Of a stretch of 64,000 nucleotides of DNA, positions 57,732-64,000 are shown one piece after another. Source of the DNA: Lachnospiraceae bacterium. GTDB taxonomy: Bacteria; Bacillota; Clostridia; Lachnospirales; Lachnospiraceae. A program made the position numbers and the translations under genes. The stretch covers positions 16,978 through 80,977 of the forward strand of contig JAFPZU010000005.1 of the NCBI GenBank assembly GCA_017417105.1, written 5' to 3'. Below the pieces are notes generated by a model that worked only from the letters and a program-made list of their open reading frames with translations, had not been told where the DNA came from and did no database searches. Every line of letters begins with the position of its first letter. Positions within the stretch are counted from its first letter, which is position 1.

Positions 57732-58463
57732 ATGAAGGGTGCTATACATTCTCTGGAATCATTCGGGTCGGTGGACGGACCCGGGATCAGGTATCTCATA
57801 TTTCTTTATGGATGTAATATGAGATGCAAATATTGTCATAACGTGGATACCTGGGATAAGTCGAGATGTACCCAGTTTGAAGAGCCTGACGACCTTTTGG
57901 ATAAGGCCGAGAGGTACAGGTCGTACTGGGGAAAGGATGGCGGAATAACGGTGTCAGGCGGAGAGGCGCTTCTGCAGATGGATTTTCTGCTTGAGCTTTT
58001 TAAGAAAGCCAAGGATAGGGAGATAAATACCTGCATTGACACTTCTGCGCAGCCCTTTACCAGGGAACAGCCGTTTTTCGGGCAGTTTGAGGAGCTTATG
58101 AAGTATACGGATCTTGTACTGCTTGATATAAAGCATATAGATCCGGAAGAGCATAAGAAGCTTACGGGGTTTGATAATGCAAATATCTTAGATTGCGCAG
58201 AATATCTTTCCGAGATCAAAAAGCCTATGTGGATAAGGCATGTGCTGGTGCCCGGGATCACGGATGTGGATGAGTATCTTAACAGAACGGCTGATTTCAT
58301 TCATTCGTTAAGGAATGTGAAAAGGGTTGATGTGCTGCCGTATCATACACTTGGAGTGCATAAGTGGCGGGAGCTTGGGATACCGTATCAGCTGGAGGAC
58401 GTGGATCCTCCGTCTCAGGAAAGACTGCAGCATGCAAAACTTGTGCTTGGTGACGAGCATTGA
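57732..58463 (+). CDS. pflA: Pyruvate formate-lyase activating enzyme
   Basis: ESFGSVDGPGIR, GCNMRCKYCHN radical-SAM motif, GGITVSGGE, LPYH. Confidence 0.96.
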   Translation: MKGAIHSLESFGSVDGPGIRYLIFLYGCNMRCKYCHNVDTWDKSRCTQFEEPDDLLDKAERYRSYWGKDGGITVSGGEALLQMDFLLELFKKAKDREINTCIDTSAQPFTREQPFFGQFEELMKYTDLVLLDIKHIDPEEHKKLTGFDNANILDCAEYLSEIKKPMWIRHVLVPGITDVDEYLNRTADFIHSLRNVKRVDVLPYHTLGVHKWRELGIPYQLEDVDPPSQERLQHAKLVLGDEH

Positions 58464-58483
58464 AATCAAGGGGTACGAAGGAA

Positions 58484-58849
58484 ATGGGTAACGAGGGTAC
58501 AGAACAGATAAGGATAGTACAGGAGACCGTTGCGGGCAAGGAGATCACCTTTGCCCATATCATAGGGAGTCCCGCACCGGTCATTTTTCAGAAACTGGGG
58601 CTTAATCCCCAGATTGACTATAATTCTTCAGCCATAGGGATCATGAACATGACGCCTCCGGAGTCTGCGGTCATAGCTTCCGATATAGCCATCAAGAGCG
58701 GAAATATCTATCTGGGCTTTGCTGACAGATTTACCGGAACCCTTATTATCACCGGCGAACTGGCGGATGTGAATTCGGCTCTTACTGAGATAGTTAATTA
58801 TTTCCGGGATGAGCTTGGCTATGTGGTCTGCAGGATCACAAAGAGATAG
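58484..58849 (+). CDS. BMC shell protein, EutS/PduU-like
   Basis: RIVQETVAGKEITFAHII, AIGIMNMTPPESAVIASDIAIKSG, GFADRFTGTLIITG. Confidence 0.9.
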   Translation: MGNEGTEQIRIVQETVAGKEITFAHIIGSPAPVIFQKLGLNPQIDYNSSAIGIMNMTPPESAVIASDIAIKSGNIYLGFADRFTGTLIITGELADVNSALTEIVNYFRDELGYVVCRITKR

Positions 58850-58855
58850 GCTGTC

Positions 58856-59284
58856 ATGGCATCTTTAACTTCAAAAGAGCTGCTGGAGAAGATATTCCAC
58901 GATGATTATGAGCATTTACGAGCCAGGACTCTTCGGATGACGAGGCTTCGCATCCCCGGGAAGGAAGTGTGCCTTGCCCATGTCTTCACACCGACTGACA
59001 GCAGCATATATCAGAATCTGGGACTCCATATCGGTGTGCATGAGGGGGAGGATCATACAGGGGAGACTATAGGGCTTATAAGATTCACTCCCTGGGAGGC
59101 TGTGGTTGTGGCAGCGGATACCGCGCTTAAGGCGGCGGATGTGGAGATAGGGTTCATGGACCGGTTTAACGGATCACTGATCATTACCGGGCAGAGGTCG
59201 CAGGTGGATACCGCGGTTTCGGAGACGGTTTCTTTTTTCGGAAACGAGCTCGGGTTTGCCGTATGCGAAGTGATGAGGAGCTGA
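58856..59284 (+). CDS. BMC shell protein, EutS/PduU-like (N-terminally extended)
   Basis: PGKEVCLAHV, IGLIRFTPWEAVVVAADTALKAA, GFMDRFNGSLIITG. Confidence 0.88.
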   Translation: MASLTSKELLEKIFHDDYEHLRARTLRMTRLRIPGKEVCLAHVFTPTDSSIYQNLGLHIGVHEGEDHTGETIGLIRFTPWEAVVVAADTALKAADVEIGFMDRFNGSLIITGQRSQVDTAVSETVSFFGNELGFAVCEVMRS

Positions 59285-59288
59285 TGTC

Positions 59289-59807
59289 ATGAAGAAGATG
59301 TTTCTTATGGGCAGGAGTGAGGCGGGGAAGACTTCGCTGACACAGGCTCTTAAAGGGGAAAAACTTCATTACAAAAAGACCCAGTATACCAATATAACGG
59401 ACGATATGATAGATTCCCCGGGAGAGTATGCGGAGTCAAAGTATTTCAGTCTGGGACTTGCGTGCTTTTCTTTCGAAGCGGATGTTGTAGCCATAGTTCA
59501 GTCGGCGGATGAGCCTTATAATCTTTTCGGGCAGTGTCTGCATACTTTCATACAAAGACCCCTGATCGGCGTCATCACGAAGACGGATTCATCCTATGCC
59601 AATATTCCCATGATAAGGCTCTGGATGGAGGATGCGGGCTGTGAGAGGATCTTTGAGGTGAATAACGTGACCGGAGAGGGGCTTTCGGAGCTGATGGAAT
59701 ACCTTGAGGAGGAGCCCGAGCGTCTGACGCTGGAGCAGGCAAAGTTCAAACAGAGCCTTGGGATCAATGAATGGGATCCTCTTCCTCCGGGAGTCAGTTA
59801 TCCTTAG
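59289..59807 (+). CDS. EutP/PduV family P-loop protein
   Basis: FLMGRSEAGKTSLTQAL, YKKTQ, IDSPGEY, GVITKTD. Confidence 0.9.
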   Translation: MKKMFLMGRSEAGKTSLTQALKGEKLHYKKTQYTNITDDMIDSPGEYAESKYFSLGLACFSFEADVVAIVQSADEPYNLFGQCLHTFIQRPLIGVITKTDSSYANIPMIRLWMEDAGCERIFEVNNVTGEGLSELMEYLEEEPERLTLEQAKFKQSLGINEWDPLPPGVSYP

Positions 59808-59832
59808 GATCTGTTCAGGTTGTTCTGTAGCT

Positions 59833-60540
59833 TTAGTTTTCCAGCAGATATTCAAGAAATGCTATGCCGTTATCGATATAAGAGGAGTTGGGACTTAAGG
59901 CATAGTAGCAGTCTTCGTCAAAATAAGAATGAGGCTCTCCGGTGACATCGGTAAAGCCTTTTTTTATTGTCCCGCTCTCGCTTATGTTTACGGCAAACGG
60001 AAATCTGTGGGTTTCATTCGTGGCGGGATCTTCGTAGTCTGTGTAGATTATCTCATATCCCTCGGATTGCAGTTTCGTAAAGAGTTCCTCAGGCAGCACT
60101 GCGGAAAGATCGGCAAAGGCCTGATGGGAGGCAAGCTCTTCCATCACCTCCTTTGTGGAGATGGTGGCATCTATCGCGCCCACGTTATATTCTGCCAGAA
60201 GCCGCTGCATGTAGGAGCTTGCTATAAGGTCGTAGCCTTCAAAGGTGAAATCCGCTTCAAGTCTCATTTCCTGATGAATCGGATCGAAATCCTCACGGGT
60301 TTTTGAAAAATCATTAATAAGGGTTTCGTCCATGAGATCAGTTGCATTCGAATTGATCATTGCAAGACAGAAGACGGTTTTTTTTGCAGTCATCCTCCCG
60401 TGTATAAATGAAGTGAGGGCGTAGATCAGGATCAACCCACCGATTATCGGGATCTTGTAATAATCCCAGATGTACTGAAGCTTCTGTTTTGAGTTCAGAT
60501 TACTGAATTTTGAGGTTTCCCTGCCTGTTTCTTCCTTCAT
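59833..60540 (-). CDS. Membrane-anchored hypothetical protein (solute-binding-like extracellular domain)
   Basis: KLQYIWDYYK followed by a single TM; FADLSAVLP motif. Confidence 0.7.
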   Translation of the reverse strand: MKEETGRETSKFSNLNSKQKLQYIWDYYKIPIIGGLILIYALTSFIHGRMTAKKTVFCLAMINSNATDLMDETLINDFSKTREDFDPIHQEMRLEADFTFEGYDLIASSYMQRLLAEYNVGAIDATISTKEVMEELASHQAFADLSAVLPEELFTKLQSEGYEIIYTDYEDPATNETHRFPFAVNISESGTIKKGFTDVTGEPHSYFDEDCYYALSPNSSYIDNGIAFLEYLLEN

Positions 60541-60651
60541 GCCGTTGTGTTATACTGTTTCATATTATTATTTATGATCCGGCAGGCAAAAGCCGCGCCG
60601 GAAGACGAGTTACTTTTTCGATTATAGTTGATTCACCGACGGGAGGCAAAC

Positions 60652-61152
60652 ATGGACGATCTTTATGTTGAGTGCCTGGTGGCGAAAAAGCCCAGGGCTT
60701 CGGAGACTCTGATAAAGGGTGTAGCTTACGGGGCAACGGCTCTGTTTCTCATTCTGGGACTTACGAGTCTTTTATTCCTCATAGGGTTTGGCGTCATGCT
60801 CTTCGTGGATTTTCTGTTGCTTCCAAAACTTTCGGTGGAATACGAATATCTGTATGTTTCCAAGACTCTGCAAATCGACAGCATATATTCAAAGCAGAAG
60901 AGGAAAAAGACGGTGGAATATGAGCTGGACAAGATGGAGATCTTTGCAAGAGAAGGCGCCTGGCAGCTTGATGAATATAAGAACATGCAGACTGTTAACA
61001 GGGACTTTTCTTCAGGGAATGAGGGGACCGACACCTGGATCATGATCGTGCATAACGGTCAGGCAATAGACAGGGTCAGGCTTGAGCCTAACGAAGAGCT
61101 TATAAAGGTGATAAAAACCCTGTATCCCAGAAAGGTATTTTCCGAAAAATAA
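60652..61152 (+). CDS. Conserved membrane protein (DUF6106-like)
   Basis: GGGAGG RBS; MDDLYVECLV, two TMs, VEYEY, IDSIYSKQKRK, YPRKVF. Confidence 0.75.
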   Translation: MDDLYVECLVAKKPRASETLIKGVAYGATALFLILGLTSLLFLIGFGVMLFVDFLLLPKLSVEYEYLYVSKTLQIDSIYSKQKRKKTVEYELDKMEIFAREGAWQLDEYKNMQTVNRDFSSGNEGTDTWIMIVHNGQAIDRVRLEPNEELIKVIKTLYPRKVFSEK

Positions 61153-61239
61153 AAATACGTGACTTCTCGTTTTTTCCTATGATTTGTGTTATACTCGATA
61201 AATTATAAGCAGATCGGGAGTTCAGACAGGAGGGCTTAA

Positions 61240-62700
<1,461 letters not shown>

Positions 62701-62702
62701 GA

Positions 62703-63524
62703 ATGCTGCGTTACATATGGCATGAATTTAAGCGGAGCTTAAGATCAGCCTATTCTATAAAATACATTATCGGGATAATTGCCGTATGCATAGCCGCTAA
62801 TCTGGCAATGATAGCTTTCAGGGACTATGTATACGGCACAAACGACGGGACCTACGGGTACAACATCATCATGTTTGCAGGGGGTTTCTTCTGGTTACCC
62901 TACTATACGACGATCTTCATTGCCGACATGGTCTTCGGCAGGACCTATCCCGATCCCTTTATAAAAGATGCGATAACAAAATACTTAAGACGGCCGAAGC
63001 TTTACATAGGAAAGCTTATTGCCTGCTGGCTTATGCTTGCGGTCTATGTACTGCTCTCGTTTGTGTTTTTTATCGGTTTTTCCACGCTTTTTCAGCTGTC
63101 TACGGGAACCCTGTCCATGGAGGTTGTGAAGGAGTTTGCGGTTAACGTGCTTTGCGCCACGCCGCTTCTTGCTGCAGGGTGCTCTCTGGGGATGATGTGT
63201 CTTTATTGCATGGATAAGAAAAGAAATGCATTTATTCTCTTCTGGGTATTGACCATCCTGATCCCAAGGGTCATAATGCTCCTTGGCGCGGAGCCTTTAA
63301 GCATAGCCTTTTTCAAGCTATTAAAGGATAAGGTGCTCCTTACGCCGCAGTTTACCACCTTACAGTTTTTCACATCAAGGGATGTGCCTTTGATATTGAT
63401 AACAAGTTCGGTTTACATAATACTTTCGACCCTTGTGGGCGGATATGTATTCTGCAGAAAGAGGATAGACAATCTCCCGGCCAACGCGCACGGAGCAGTG
63501 AAGAAGGATAACTTAAAAGGATGA
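62703..63524 (+). CDS. ABC-2-type permease-like membrane protein
   Basis: About six TMs; MLRYIWHEF start, R.KLYIGKL loop, FCRKRI tail. Confidence 0.7.
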   Translation: MLRYIWHEFKRSLRSAYSIKYIIGIIAVCIAANLAMIAFRDYVYGTNDGTYGYNIIMFAGGFFWLPYYTTIFIADMVFGRTYPDPFIKDAITKYLRRPKLYIGKLIACWLMLAVYVLLSFVFFIGFSTLFQLSTGTLSMEVVKEFAVNVLCATPLLAAGCSLGMMCLYCMDKKRNAFILFWVLTILIPRVIMLLGAEPLSIAFFKLLKDKVLLTPQFTTLQFFTSRDVPLILITSSVYIILSTLVGGYVFCRKRIDNLPANAHGAVKKDNLKG

Positions 63525-64000
63525 TACTTGGAAGAAACAGCAAGTGCTGGTGCGGCAGCGGCCTTAAGTATAAAAACTGCCATGAGCTTTTTGATGACAG
63601 GATCGCGGATTTTAAGCGCAGAGGCTATAAGGTTCCGGGGCATGACATAATAAAGACTCCGGAGCAGATCGCGAAAATAAAGGAGAGCGCCGTTATCAAC
63701 AGAGCCTGTCTTGATTACGTCGGAGAGCATATAAAGGCCGGAATATCCACACAGGAAATAGACGACTGGGTTTCAAAGGTAACAAAGGATATGGGAGGCA
63801 TACCCGCAACTCTCGGATATGAGGGATTTCCCAAAAGCGTCTGCACTTCGATAAATTCCCAGGTGTGTCACGGAATACCTTCAGAGGAGGACATATTGGA
63901 GGAGGGGGATATAATAAACGTTGACTGCACAACGATCCTTGACGGCTACTATGCCGACAGCTCCAGGATGTATATGATAGGGGGGGTTTCCCCTGAAGCA
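63521..64000 (+). CDS. map: Methionine aminopeptidase with N-terminal SEC-C motif (3'-truncated by window edge)
   Basis: Read from sequence: MILGRNSKCWCGSGLKYKNCH...IKTPEQI...GYEGFPKSVCTSINSQVCHGIP...GDIINVD...DGYYADSSRMY. Confidence 0.93.
   Translation, partial: MILGRNSKCWCGSGLKYKNCHELFDDRIADFKRRGYKVPGHDIIKTPEQIAKIKESAVINRACLDYVGEHIKAGISTQEIDDWVSKVTKDMGGIPATLGYEGFPKSVCTSINSQVCHGIPSEEDILEEGDIINVDCTTILDGYYADSSRMYMIGGVSPEA

Noticed and set aside
57404-57799. ORFs 57404..57718 (+) and 57575..57799 (-)
   Set aside because: They overlap a terminator and a palindromic element and show no protein-like motifs.

Overview
Bacillota DNA, most likely Lachnospiraceae (inferred from protein families and gene neighbours). 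Positions ~6.7-47.2 kb hold a near-complete Afp/PVC-type contractile injection system (CIS): Pvc16-like cap, DUF4280 PAAR-like tip, sheath, two tube proteins, tail-assembly chaperone, two Afp7-like proteins, split VgrG, gp25, two baseplate-J proteins, a gpI-like protein and two AAA+ ATPases. No capsid, terminase, integrase, holin or endolysin is recognisable. In the same apparent operon, ahead of the structural genes, are five predicted membrane/secreted proteins: a pseudokinase-like protein, a degenerate class III cyclase receptor, a MORN protein, a TolC-fold protein and a Gly-Ser-linker stalk protein. These may form a trans-envelope anchor, i.e. a T6SS-like CIS in a monoderm (inference). A canonical -1 slippery site joins the chaperone to a DUF6760-like ORF missing from the ORF track. 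A convergent chaperone-like / large effector-like / second ATPase module closes the locus. Upstream lie a STAS protein, a large surface protein and a two-component pair. Downstream lie a Wzt/methyltransferase-kinase/GT2 glycan operon, pflB-pflA flanked by palindromic mosaic elements, a three-gene BMC satellite, guaB and a partial map. All family calls come from motif recognition by eye, with no database searches.
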